DNA of 64,000 nucleotides from Mustelus asterias. Taxonomy: Eukaryota. Numbering within the stretch: the first letter of the stretch is position 1; each line of letters opens with the position of its first letter. This document shows, in pieces, positions 50,501 to 62,405 of the stretch. A program made the position numbers and the translations under genes. The notes under the pieces were generated by a model. The model saw nothing but the letters and a program-made list of their open reading frames with translations. It was not told where the DNA came from and made no database searches. The DNA lies in NCBI RefSeq assembly GCF_964213995.1, contig NW_027590141.1, positions 1,178,001 to 1,242,000 of the forward strand, given 5' to 3'.

Positions 50501-51530
50501 GAATGGTGGAGTGGACTCGATGGGCCGAATGGCCTTACTTCCGCTCCTATGTCTTATGGTCTTATGGTCTTAAACTGCATCTGCCATATATTTATGAGGG
50601 GTGTTGATTATGAGGAGAGACTGAGCAGATTGGGTTTGTACTCGTTGGAATTTAGAAGGCTGAGGGGGGATCTTATAAAGACCTATAAGATAATGAAGGG
50701 GCTGGACAGGGTAGAGGTGGAGAGATTCTTTCCACTTAGAAAGGAAGCTAGAACTAGAGGGCACAGCCTCAAAATAAAGGGGGGTCAGTTTAGGACAGAG
50801 TTGAGGAGGAACTTCTTCTCTCAGAGGGTGGTGAATCTCAGAATTCTCTGCCCACTGAGGTGGTGGAGGCTACCTCGTTGAATATGTTTAAATCACGGAT
50901 AGATGGATTCCTGATCGGTAAGGGAATTAGGGGTTATAGGGATCAGGCGGGTAAGTGGAACTGATCCACTTCAGATCAGCCATGATTTTATTGAATGGCG
51001 GGGCAGGCTTGAGGGCCGAGATGGCCTACTCCTGCTCCTATTTCTTATGTTCTTATTTACCCATTCACTCAACTTGTCTAAATCGCCTTGAAGTCTCTTG
51101 ACATCCTTCTCACCACTCACATTCCTGCCAAGTTTCATGTCATCAGCAAACCTGGAAATATTACATTTGGTTCCCTCATCCAAATTATTGATGTATATTG
51201 TGAGTAGCCGGGGTCCAAGCACTAACCCCTGCATGACCCCACCAGTCACCACCTGCCACTTTGTAAAAGATCCATTTACTCCCACTTTCTGTTTCATGTC
51301 TGCTAACCAATTCTCAATCCATACCAATATATTACTCCATTCTTTGGTCTTTAATTTTGCACACTAATCTTTTATTTGTGTCTCTATCAAAAGCTGTCTG
51401 AAAATCTAAATACACTGCATCCACTGGTTCACCTTATCTGTTTTACTGGTGACATCCTCAAAAATCTCCAGTATATTTCTGAGGCGTGATTTCCCTTTCG
51501 TAAATCCATGTTGTCTTTGTCTAATCCCTT
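47505..51530 (-). mobile_element. Old CR1 hosting three younger CR1 insertions (about 47780-48125, 48650-50570 and 50590-51056)
   Basis: Host pieces join across the inserts (..catttatccata | taaactgcatctgcca.. | tttacccattcactc); ORF 50971-51327. Confidence 0.8.
48650..50570 (+). mobile_element. Young 5'-truncated CR1 with an uninterrupted RT and C-terminal frame
   Basis: ORF 48822-50486 (554 aa) has all RT motifs including KFADDTK; (cttatggt)n tail; endonuclease region absent. Confidence 0.95.
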
Positions 51531-51569
51531 TGATGTTTTCTCTGTATTTTCAACAAATTCTGGTCTAGG

Positions 51570-51800
51570 ATCTGAGCATTCGGTGTCCAAGGGCACCGTT
51601 AACACCTTCTGTGTCTGCTGGGCACCGCAGGGAGACAGGGGTGCATCATTGACCCCTTTAATCACATTTGATTTGATGTTTTAAATTTCCTTTCCAGTTT
51701 GTCTTTTGTTTTGGGTGGTTGCCCTCCTTTTGGGAGATGCCCATTTTAATTTGTTCCCTCGTTAATTTGATTTAGTGTATTTGGTTGGCCAAAAAGATTG
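51570..51800 (+). mobile_element. Possible Tx1/L1-clade LINE 3' end
   Basis: EHSVSKGTVNTFCVCWAPQG..CIIDPFNHI followed by a T-rich UTR. Confidence 0.4.
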
Positions 51801-52445
51801 AATCTAAACATAAGTTTTTAGTCTCGCAGTTTGCATCTAGATTTTCAGGGCTGCATCCTCGACAAGAAGCAGTGAGCATGGAGCTGTCAATCAGCATGAA
51901 TTGTCACTCTCTGGGGAATTGGGAGGCTGAACATTGGGACAGCAGAGTGAAAACAGAGAGGGAATCTGTGGGATGGAGATTTACAGCTTTACTTAGAATG
52001 AGAGAGGAAAGAATGTTCCACAGAAACTAGAATTGCCTGTGCTGAATTTCTATTCCAACTGACAGTGATGACTTTTGTAAACTCCTTTTGCAGGACATTA
52101 GGAAGCAGAAAATTCAAAGCAGACGTCATGCCAAGACCAACCAGAATCCTTCACTTCACTCGGAGCTGAATATCATCGGCCTTTGACTCTCAAAGGAGAA
52201 ATGTTTGTCTGTTCAGTTTGCTTCAAAAGATTTGAAACACCAGTGTGATTGGAAAAGCACCAAGACCCGCACACACACCCGAGTGAGAGTGTTCCAGTGA
52301 ACTGACTGTGGAAGAGTTTAATGTGGTGACAGAGTCTGTTAAAACCTCGCACCATTCACAATGCGGAGAGATAGTACATGTGTTTTGTGTTGATGAGGTT
52401 TTAGCTGATCCTTGAACTTGGGAGAGGCACAAGGACACCTGCAGT

Positions 52446-52952
52446 GTGGAGAAACGGTGGAAATGTGGGGACTGTGGGAGGGGATTTTGTACACCCTCTG
52501 CACTGGAAACTCATCAACGCAGTCATGTCGGAGAGAGGCCATTCACCTGCTCAGACTGTGGGAAGGGATTTGCGCAGCTGTCCAACTTACTGAGACATCA
52601 GCGAGTTCACACTGGGGAGAGACCATTCTCCTGCTCTGACTGTGGGAAGGGATTCAGTGATTCATCCAACCTGCAGTCACACCAGCGAATTCACACTGGG
52701 GAGAGGCCGTTCACCTGCAATGAGTGTGGGAAGGGTTTCAGTCATTTATCTAATTTGCTGAGGCACCAGCGAGCTGACAGCAGGGAGAGAACTGTCACCT
52801 GCTCTCAGTGTGAGAAACGATTCCGTGATTCATACACTCTGCGCTTACACCAGCGAGTTCACACTGGGGAGAGGCCATTCATCTGCTCCGACTGTGGTAA
52901 AGGATTCACTCAGTTATCCAACCTGCTGAGACACCAGCAAATCCATAAGTGA
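52446..52952 (+). CDS. ZNF-H: 6-finger ORF with the start changed to GTG and a defective finger 4; possible pseudogene
   Basis: agtGTGGAGAAACGG in place of accATGGAGAAACCG; HQRADS lacks the last His; acceptor ttttgcag ends at 52093; no promoter module nearby. Confidence 0.65.
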   Translation: MEKRWKCGDCGRGFCTPSALETHQRSHVGERPFTCSDCGKGFAQLSNLLRHQRVHTGERPFSCSDCGKGFSDSSNLQSHQRIHTGERPFTCNECGKGFSHLSNLLRHQRADSRERTVTCSQCEKRFRDSYTLRLHQRVHTGERPFICSDCGKGFTQLSNLLRHQQIHK

Positions 52953-53229
52953 TGACAGGAGTGGATTCTGCTGTTACTGCTGCTGTTAGTCGCATCCAGG
53001 ACTGAACCATGTTCATTCAGACAGTGGGTGAAGTGGGAGGGTCGGAGGGTTTCTCTCTGTTGGACTGGCCGGTCTCATGACTTTGCATCCAATGGGCTGA
53101 TGCACTTTGAGCCTGGGAGTGCACACTTCCACAAAATGATCCACAAAAACTAATGGAATGTTTTACCCTGGATAATAAATAGTGTTTTTCTACCACTACA
53201 GGTAGATCTAAAATAAATACATTTGTCTC

Positions 53230-55150
53230 TGTTCCATTGAGTCTACAGCACAGGGCCGGGCCAGTCAGCTCAATTGGTCTATGTCAGTATTTATGCTCCA
53301 CATGAGCCTCCACCCACCCCTCTTCATCTCCCCCCATCAGCATATCCTTCTATTCCTCTCTCCCTCATGTATGTATCTAGCTTCCCCTTCAATGTATTCA
53401 TGCTGTTCACCTCAACCACTCGCTGTGGTGGTGAGTTCCACATTCTCACCACTCGCTGGTAAAGAGGTTTCTCACTGAAATCCCTATTGGATTATTGAAC
53501 CCCTTCATAATCTTAAAGACTTCCATCAGGTCACCCTTCAGTTTTCTCTTTTCTCGAGAAAAGCAGCCCCAGTCTTTCCTGAGGGTTAAATCCTCTCAGT
53601 TCTGGGATTATTCTTGTGAATCTTTGTTGCTCCTTCTCCAGTGCCTCTATTACACTTTTCTAAACGGAGATTATGAATGTTGACAGTGCTCCCAGTGCAG
53701 TCTAACCCTGGTTCTGAACAAGTTGAACAGAACCTCCCTGCTTTTCAATTCTATCCCTCTAGAATGGAACCCTGTATATGGGCCATTGAAGAAAAGTTCT
53801 TTGAGAGCTGGAGAGTGGATTTATAAGAATGGCACCAGGGATGAGGGACTGGAGATCTTGAAATTTCTCTCCTTAGATCAGAGAGTCATTAGTGTAAGAA
53901 ATGAGGCCATTCACCTGCTGAATCCGTGCCAGCTCTGGAAAGCAAACCAGTCAGTCCCATTGTCCCAATATATCCCCGTAACCCTGGAAGTTTATTTCCC
54001 ACAACTTCATTCCCAAAATGTTTGTTTTCTCTCCTTCCATTCCCCTCAGGGGCAGAGTGTTCCAGGTCATTGCCACTCGCAGTGTAAAAATATTCTTCCT
54101 CACAGCCCCTTTACATTTCTTGACCAAAATCTTCAATCTGTGCCCCCTCCTCCTTGCACCATCGGCTAATAGGAACAGGTTTTCTTTGTTCACCTTGTCT
54201 AAACATAAACTTCTGCACCTCCATCAAATCACCCTGCAACCCCCTTTTCTCCAGAAAGAACAAGCTCACTTTCTCCAACCTAACCTTGTAGCTACAATAG
54301 AAACAAAATGCTTGGGTTCAGGGGAATGGCACCAAGCCATAATGCTCCTTTGGAGAGCTGGTGCAGATGCAATGGGCCAAATAGCCTCCTCCTCCGCCTT
54401 AATCATAGAATAGAAATCATAGAAACCCTACAGTGCAGAAGGAGGCCATTCGACCCATCGAGTCTGCACCGACCACAATCCCACCCAGGCCCTACCCCCA
54501 CATATTTACCCACTAATCTCTCTAACCTACGCATCTCAGGACTCTAAGGGGCAATTTTTAACCTGGCCAATCAACCTAACCCGCACATCTTTGGACTGTG
54601 GGAGGAAACCGGAGCACCCGGAGGAAACCCACGCAGACACGAGGAGAATGTGCAAACTCCACACAGACAGTGACCCGAGCCAGGAATCGAACCCAGGACC
54701 CTGGAGCTGTGAAGCAGCAGTGCTAACCACTGTGCTACCGTGCCGCCCTAGACAACGCCCTTAACAACTCTGCAATTCCTCAACCCCGGAACCATTCTGG
54801 TAAATCTCCTCTGCACCCTCTCAATGACCCTCACATCCTAAAGTGCAGTGAGCAAAACTGGACACAAAACTCTAGTTGTGGCCTCACCAGAGTTTTATAA
54901 ACATTCAGCATACTTTTGCCGCCTTTGTAATCAATATCTTTATATCTGAAGCCCAAGATCCCATTTGTTTTGCTGATTTTTCTCCTGACAGCTCTGCAAC
55001 CTTCAATGAGCTCTGCACATGAATCCCCAGCTCCCTCTGTCCCTGCTCATTCTTTAGAACTTGTCATTCAGTCTATATTGCCTCTCCCTGTCCCTTCTGC
55101 CAAATCACATCCGTCACACTTCTTGTTAAATTCTATCTGCCACTTCCAGA
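53230..55150 (-). mobile_element. Several degenerate CR1 fragments
   Basis: RRGHRLKI..NIFTLRVAMTWNTLP; repeated ctctgcaccctctc motifs. Confidence 0.7.
54405..54748 (-). mobile_element. Full-length HE1-like V-SINE
   Basis: gggcggcacggtagcacagtggttagc..gggttcgattcc, V-domain, (tctat)n tail. Confidence 0.93.
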
Positions 55151-55899
55151 AGAGATTTGTATTAAACTAAACATAGAGAGAAGAGGAGACGCTGTTTTCT
55201 TTAATGTCATCCACAATTGAAGACAAGCCTCTGCCTTTCAATGCATGAGGCTCAAAGAGCACAGACAGAGGTCATTCAGCCCATTGTGCTCCTGCCAGCT
55301 ATTGCAACTATCTAGTTTCATCATTCATATGTTTTGGAAAATAGGTCGGAGATTGGAATTCTTTTAAATGAAGAGACATGGAAACATTTGTTGACAAACT
55401 GGTAAACACAGCTCTGATGTAAATGTATCGGAAACAGGCCTGTGTTAATTAGAGTTAAGAAGCAGCCTTTGTTGATCCAACAAGTCAGAGCTGATGGTGA
55501 GGACACGTAAACAATGAATGACCCCTCATGACTTTTTCTTTGCCTCACAGGGAAGTTTGCAGGCAGCTTGGTCAATCAGCAGGAACTGTGGCACCAGGAG
55601 CTGTGAACCAGCTGTGAGACTAGAAGCCTAGAGGGTCATTAGGAACCAGGGGTGTTCCCAATGTTTAAATCCCTCAACAAGAAGGCAGTGAAACCCATGC
55701 TTAAACTGAGGAGTCCACAGTTTTGAGATCTCAATGGAAAGGTTGACTTTTTTTTTAGCCAAAAAACAATAGCAGCTCCCCTGTAAGATCTTGGAGCTTG
55801 GAGAATATCTGGAAAACTGAGGATAATTAAATTGAATTCTGGGAGCTTTGGCATATCTTCAGGATGGTCCCAGGAACAGAAGTGAATGAACCTTAAAGA

Positions 55900-56660
55900 T
55901 ATTAGCAGGACTTACTCAGTTAATGGTAGGGCGTTGGGGAGAGTTATAAAAAAGAGAGATCTAGGGGTACATGTTCATAGCTCCTTGAAAGTGGAGTCAC
56001 AGGTGGACAGAGTGGTGAAGAAGGCATTCAGCATGCTTGGTTTCATCGGTCAGAACATTGAATACAGGAGTTGGGACGTCTTGTTGAAGTTGTACAAGAC
56101 ATTGATAAGGCCACACTTGGAATAGGGTGACCAGAACTGTGTACATTATAGAAAGAACATTATTAAACTAGAAACAGTGCAGAAAAGATTTACTAGGATG
56201 CTACCAGGACTTGATGGATTGAGTTATAAGGAGAGGCTGGATAGACTGGGACTTTTTTCTCTGGAGTGTAGAAGGCTGAAAGGTGATCTTATGGAGGTCT
56301 ATAAAATAATGAGGGGCATAGATCAGCTAGATAGTCAATATCTTTTCCCAAAGGTCGGGGTGTCTAAAACTGGAGGGCATAGGTTTAAGGTGAGAGGGGA
56401 GAGATACAGAAGTTTCCAGAGGGGCAATTTTTCACACAGAGGGTGGTGAGTGTCTGGAACAAGCTGCCAGAGGTAGTAGTAGAGGCGGGAAACTTTGTCT
56501 TTTAAAAAGCATTTAGACAGTTACATGGGTAAGATGGGTATAGAGAGAGATGGGCTAAATGCGGGCAATTGGGACTAGCTTCGGAGTTTTAAAAAAAGAG
56601 GGCGGTTATGGACAAGTTGGGCCGAAGGGTCTGTTTCCATGCTGTAAACCTCTATGACTA
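55900..56660 (+). mobile_element. CR1 3' part
   Basis: ORFs 55886-56125 and 56177-56449. Confidence 0.9.
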
Positions 56661-56949
56661 TATTAAGTACAAGGGAACTCTGGTTGGTGGCAAGATTTAA
56701 AATGTAGAACTGGGTTCATACCATAAATCTTTATAAACTAAAGTGCTGGTTTTTAATATTGTTTTATAAATAAATTTTGGTCTTGTTTAAAAATGTGGAA
56801 TCTTGTAGCATAATTCTTTGTTAATGACTGGCTATTTGAATTTCTCAATCGTTAACAATCCAGACTGGTGTCATCACAACACACAGCAACATATTTCACA
56901 ATGAATCGAAGACAAAATATGATTTTCCTTATTTTGTACAAAGTGTTAC

Positions 56950-58260
56950 ATGACAAACAGCCTCTTCTCGGATCCCCACTTAATTTCTCAATTTAAGCAC
57001 TTCTTTTCATGAAACAATCTGATAATTGATGATTAAAAATGGAACAAATTGTATCCCTACTAAAGCAGGAAGTCCATCGCCCGGCACAGAGGGTAATTAG
57101 GGATTTCTGCCATGGACCAATTAACAGGGATTATATCCTCCAACCATCTGAAGTGAATTCTTTCCCTGAATCGTCCAGGCCAGTGCAGTTATCAACTTGT
57201 AGTTTGGTTGATCAGCTGAGATTTTCTGCAGCATTTCATCGGTCACTGCGTGATTCCTTTCACAGCGTCCATCACTGAAAGGATTTTCAGCTGCCGTGTT
57301 CATGACCAGAATACTCATGTTTTCACACACGTCTCCAAACTCATCATTAACAAATTCCCCTTCGTTACCAGTCAGAAACTTAGCTGGTGCCCCAGGTCCA
57401 GTCCCTATCTATTTCTCCATGACTTTGGCTCGAATCAGCCTTTTGTCCTTGACATGGGGCGACACGGTAGCACAATGGTTAATACTGCTGATTCACAGTG
57501 CCAATGGCCTGGGTTCGATTCCCGGCTTGGGTCACTGTCTGTGTGGAGTTTGCACATTCTCCCTGTGTCTGCGTGGGTTTCCTCCGGGTGCTCTGTTTTA
57601 CTCCCACATTCTTAAAGACATGTTGGTTAGGTGCGGTAACCCGAACAGGTGCCAGACTGTGGCAACTGGGGGACTTTCACAGTAACTTCATTGCAGTGTT
57701 AATGTAAGCCTTACTTGTGACTAATAAATAAACTTTAAAACTTTAAGCGTATTATTGGAGAAAGACTAAGTCGAGTTACCATGTCTTTAAGGTTCTGAAT
57801 AAAAATATTTCTTGTCTTTGTCTTGTACCTTTCGACCCACGGTAACTTCCTCATGAGCTAAAGGAAAGATGTAATGGGAGCCTCCGATACTTTTCACACA
57901 TTCCACACTTTGCGCTACTCTGTCCAAGAGCCTCATGTACTCTTCGTCATCACCCTGCTTCTTTTAGCAGGATTTTTAATCTTTATTAAAAATGGGTGAG
58001 CAGTTGCTTGTGCAGTTTTAAGACAATTTGCATTTTTTTTTTCTGGTTCTTTTCACCTGAAAAATTAACAACCCTTTCTAATTGGAGATAGAAATCAGTG
58101 GAACCTCTCAGACACTGAATTGTAGATTTTGCATCAGAGATCAATTAAGCATTGATGGAAAAGTTCATAATTTTATTGTGAACAAGTTCCTGTTGAGAGT
58201 TCTTGAATTATGTGTGAAGATCACAGATGGTGCATTTAAAAAGCGGCACTGCAGCCCCGA
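56950..58260 (-). mobile_element. Degenerate Copia-like integrase remnant, split by a SINE
   Basis: NTAAENPFSDGRCERNHAVTDEMLQKI..ALAWTIQGKNSLQMVGGYNP; zinc-binding region KCGMCEKYRR at about 57880-57910. Confidence 0.6.
57456..57746 (+). mobile_element. V-SINE variant with a non-CR1 tail
   Basis: tRNA head and V-domain, then cccgaacaggtgccag..aataaataaactttaaaactttaa. Confidence 0.85.
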
Positions 58261-58394
58261 AGGTCAATGACATCTCCAGAATATTAAACTCCAGACTGTT
58301 ATGTGGTTTGTTGATATCAACAGAAACAAACCAAATATTGTCAGACTATCAGTCCAGGAACAGCAACAATAACAGCGGAATCTAACCTCTGGAT

Positions 58395-59061
58395 TCACTT
58401 ATGAATGTGCTGGTGTGTCAGCAGGTGGGATGACCGTGTGAATGCCTTTCCACACTCAGAGCACATGAATGGCCTCTCCCCACTGTGAACTCGCTGATGT
58501 GCTTTGAGGTCAGATGACTGCCTTAACCTCTTTCCACAGGAAGTGCAGTTGAATAGTTTCTCCTCAGTGTGAACTCGCTGGTGTCTGAGAAGGTGGGATA
58601 ACTGAGTGAATCCCTTCCCACACACAGAGCAGATGAATGGCCTCTCCCCAGTGTGAATTTGCTGATGTTCATTGAGCTCAGATGACTGCCTGAACCTCTT
58701 TCCACAGGAAGTACAGCTTCTCCACAGTGTGAATTCTCTGATGTGTGCAAAGTCCCGAAGACTGAGTGAATCCCTTGCCACATAGAGAGCAGGTGTATGG
58801 TCTCTCCCCACTGTGAATCTGCTGGTGCCTCAGCAGGGTGGAAGTGCATTTAAACTTTGTTCCACATTGAGTGCAGCTGAATGGCCTGTCCTCAGTGTGG
58901 ATTCGCTGGTGTAAAATGAGTTTGGTTGTCTGAGTGAATAATTTTCTTCATACTGAGCAGGTGAACAGTCTCTCCCCAGTGTGGCTGCGTCAATGAATTT
59001 CCAGCTGGGATGGATAATTGAATCCCTTCCCACAGTCCCCACATTTCCACGTTTTCTCCAT
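58395..59061 (-). pseudogene. ZNF-I: frameshifted C2H2 pseudogene (about 8 fingers)
   Basis: ATG GAG AAA ACG TGG at 59061; fingers are spread over several frames; family 3' UTR follows. Confidence 0.85.
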
Positions 59062-59516
59062 GGTGCCAGTGTCCTTGTGTCTCTCTCTTGGTTTGATGAT
59101 CAGTTGAAGCCTCATTCACACACACGAGTACAGTTTCTCTTTGCTGTGAATGCTGTGGTGTTTTTTTCAGACTGTAACTGGTTAAAGCTTTCCATGGTCA
59201 GTTCACTGGAACACTCTCACAGGGATGTGTGTGTGTCTTAGCACTTTTCCAGTCACACTGATGTTCGAAATCTTTCCCCATGGGCAGAACAAACATTTCT
59301 CCTTCCACATTCAAGACCAATGATATTCAGGTCCTGATGAAGACTGACTGTCAGAACCAGCTGCTGAATGCTTTCTCCACAGTGAGAATTCCCTGGTGTG
59401 TGTGCAAAGTCCCGAGGACTGAGTGAATCCCTTGCCACATACGGAGTCGATGTATGGCCTCTCCCCACGTGAATCTGCTGGTGCCTCAGCAGGGTGGAAA
59501 CTCATTTAAACTTTGT

Positions 59517-59842
59517 GGGCAGCACTGTGGCACAGTGGTTAGCACTGCTGCCTCACAGCGCCAGGGACCGGGGTTCAATTCTCAGCTTGGGTCACTGTCT
59601 TTGTGGAGTTTGTACCCTGTGTCTGCGTGGGTTTCCTCCGGGTGCTCCGGTTTCCTCCCACAGTCCAAAGATATGCAGGTTAGGTGGATTGGCCATGCTA
59701 AATTATCCCTTGTTGTCAGGGGGATTAGGGAGGGTAAACACGTGGGGTTATGAGGATATGGCCTTGGGGAGGATTGTGGTTGGTGCAGACTCGATGGGCC
59801 GAATGGCCTCTTTCTGCACAGTCGGATTTTATGATTCTATTC
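59517..59842 (+). mobile_element. HE1-like V-SINE
   Basis: tggcacagtggttagc..ggttcaattc, V-domain, CR1-like tail. Confidence 0.9.
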
Positions 59843-59974
59843 TAACCTGATGTGATGTTTGCTCTGACTTTCCCGTCTGTAAATCCTCCCTTTCTCACTC
59901 CCTGTAAAAGGAGTTGAGGAAACTTTTCACTGGAAGGACAGGATGGAATTTCTGAAGAGGTCTTGCAGCTCAAC

Positions 59975-60240
59975 ACCCGCACTGCGCATGCTTCAGTTAC
60001 AGCCCCGCCCCCTCATTCACTCCGATTGGTTTGAGGACCAGCCGTTCACCCCCCTCTGTTTCTATTGGTCCGGAGCTGCCGTCAATCAGTCCCCGGGCAT
60101 TGTGAGGTGCCAGGTGAAAGGTCAGTCTCGAAGGGGCGGGGTTTACAGTGAACATTCTCCACTCACTTCTGCCACTTCCGGCTTCTCCCCACAAATCACC
60201 TCAAAGAGACCTGCTCCCTCCGAGCATGCGCCAGCCACAC
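59975..60240. promoter_or_regulatory. Promoter P5 (left YY1 part deleted) between ZNF-I (-) and ZNF-J (+)
   Basis: cgcactgcgcatgcttcag..ccccgccccctcattcactccgattgg..ctattggtccggagctgccgtcaatcagtccccgggcattgtga; ETS-like cacttccgg at about 60173. Confidence 0.75.
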
Positions 60241-60410
60241 GCACAACCCGCCGATGTAGAGCGCTTTCCGAGGCGCACGGGACTGTGGGTAATCCTGCTG
60301 CCATTAGAGACCCAGTATCAGATAATCTTTCTCTAAATCTGGAGAAGTGAAGGTGAGATTCTGTTCACATATGGATAGCATAATCAGAAGTATCAATGTA
60401 TTTCTCCTAC

Positions 60411-60511
60411 CATGATGTGGAGATGCCGGCGTTGGACTGGGGTAAACACAGTAAGAAGTTTAACAACACCAGGTTAAAGTCCAACAGGTTTATTTGGTAG
60501 CAAAAGCCACA
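60411..60511 (-). mobile_element. Penelope-like terminal fragment starting at the hammerhead cleavage position
   Basis: catgatgtggagatgccggcgttggactggggtaaacacagtaag..ggtagcaaaagccac(a), then unrelated sequence. Confidence 0.85.
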
Positions 60512-60534
60512 CCAAAAGTGAGTGAGTCCTTTGC

Positions 60535-60860
60535 AGGTTCAAAGATTCAAAGGCGCCATTCGGCCCATTGAGTCACCGACAAAGCATACCACCCAGGTCC
60601 TATTCCCATAACCCCACATATTTACCCCGCTAATCTCCCTAAACTATATGTCTTGGGACACTAAGGGACAATTTAGCATGGCCAATCCACCTAACCTGCA
60701 TATTTTTGGAGTAGGGAGGAAACTAGAGCACCCAGAGGAAACCCACGCAGACACAGGGAGAACATGAAAACTCCACACAAACTGTGACCCGAGGCTGGAT
60801 TCAAACCATGGTCCCTGGCACTGTGAGGCAGTAGTGCTAACCACTGAGCCAATGTGCGGT
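60535..60860 (-). mobile_element. HE1-like V-SINE
   Basis: tggctcagtggttagcactactgcctcacagtgccagggacc.. plus V-domain. Confidence 0.85.
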
Positions 60861-60861
60861 T

Positions 60862-62405
60862 AGCAACATAAAACATAGAACATAGAACATAGAAAGCCAC
60901 AGCACAAACAGGCCCTTCGGCCCACAAGTTGCGCTGATCATATCCCTACCTCTAGGCCTATCTATAGCCCTCAATCCCATTAAATCCCATGTACTCATCC
61001 AGAAGTCTCTTCAAAGAGCCCAACGAGTTTGCCTCCACCACCACCAACGTCAGCCGATTCCACTCACCCACCACCCTCTGAGTGAAAAACTTACCCCTGA
61101 CATCTCCTCTGTACCTACCCCCCAGCACCTTAAACCTGTGTCCTCTCGTAGCAACCATTTCAGCCCTTGGAAATAGCCTCTGAGAGTCTACCCTATCCAG
61201 ACCTCTCAACATCTTGTAAACCTCTATCAGGTCACCTCTCATCCTTCGTCTCTCCAGGGAGAAGAGACCAAGCTCCCTCAACCTATCCTCATAAGGCATG
61301 CCCCCCAATCCAGGCAACATCCTTGTAAATCTCCTCTGCACCCTTTCAATGGCTTCAACATCTTTCCTGTAATGAGGTGACCAGAACTGCGCGCAGTACT
61401 CCAAGTGGGGTCTAACCAGGGTCCTATAAATCTAATGAGAGGTGTGCCAGAGGGATCAGTGATGCGGCCTTAACTTTTTACAATTGATAAAAATGACTCA
61501 GATGAAAGTCTGTTTGGGATTGTTGCCAAATTTGTTGATAACAAAAAAGTAAGTGTGAAAGTAAGTTGTGAAGAGGACAGAAGGAGGCAACAAAAACATA
61601 TAGATGGATGAAGTGAGTGGGCAAAGATCGAGCTATAATGTGGGAAAATGTGAAATTGTTCATTTTGCCTGTAAGAATGGAAAAGCTTATTATCTAATTG
61701 GAGAGATTTCAGTGCGCTGAGGTGCAGAGGGATTTGGGTGTTCCAGTGCACGAATCACAAAAGACTAGTATGCAGGTACAGCAAGTAATTAGAATAGCTT
61801 TTAGAATGTTATCATTTATTGTGAGAGGAATTAAATACAAAAGTTTATGCTTCAATTGGTAAGACCATGTTTGGCGTAATGTGTACAGTATTGGTTATAC
61901 TATTTAAGGAAAAATGTAGTTTAAAGAATATATATGGAGGAATTTCAGATGTTCACCAGACTAATGCCTGGAATGTGTGGGTTGTCTTATGCTGAAAAGT
62001 TAGACAGGCTAGACTTGTATCTGCTGTAGTTTAGAGGAGTGAGAGGGAAATCCCTTCATATTCTAAGGGGTGTTGAGATTGTGGACGTGGAGAGGATGTT
62101 TCCTGTTTTTGGAGAATCTAGAAATAGAGGTCACTGCTTAAAAATAAAGGGTCACCCAATAAAACAAAGATGAGGTGAAATGCTTTGACTTGGAGCAACA
62201 TAAGTCTTTGGGACTCATTTCTTGAGAAGGTTGTGAAAGCAAAGTCTCATTATTTTGAAGGCAGAGGTGGATATGCTATTGGTTAGCAAGGGTGTGATAG
62301 GTTACTGTGGGCAGACGGGATGTTGATTTGAGGTTATTATCTGATCAGTCATGACCATATTAAACAGTGAAAAAGGCTCGAGTGGCTGAATGGCCTACTT
62401 CTTCA
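60862..62405. mobile_element. CR1 3' end (60862-61430, minus) next to an old CR1 (61435-62405, plus)
   Basis: ORF 60958-61404; ggtgtgccagagggatcagtg..aaatttgttgataacaaa. Confidence 0.85.

Noticed and set aside
53070-53110. ATGA..AA..TGAT in the 3' UTR as a SECIS to recode the shared UGA codons
   Set aside because: Spacing is too short for SECIS helix II, ATGA is not conserved in paralogs, and the UGAs sit at CpG-decay sites amid frameshifts
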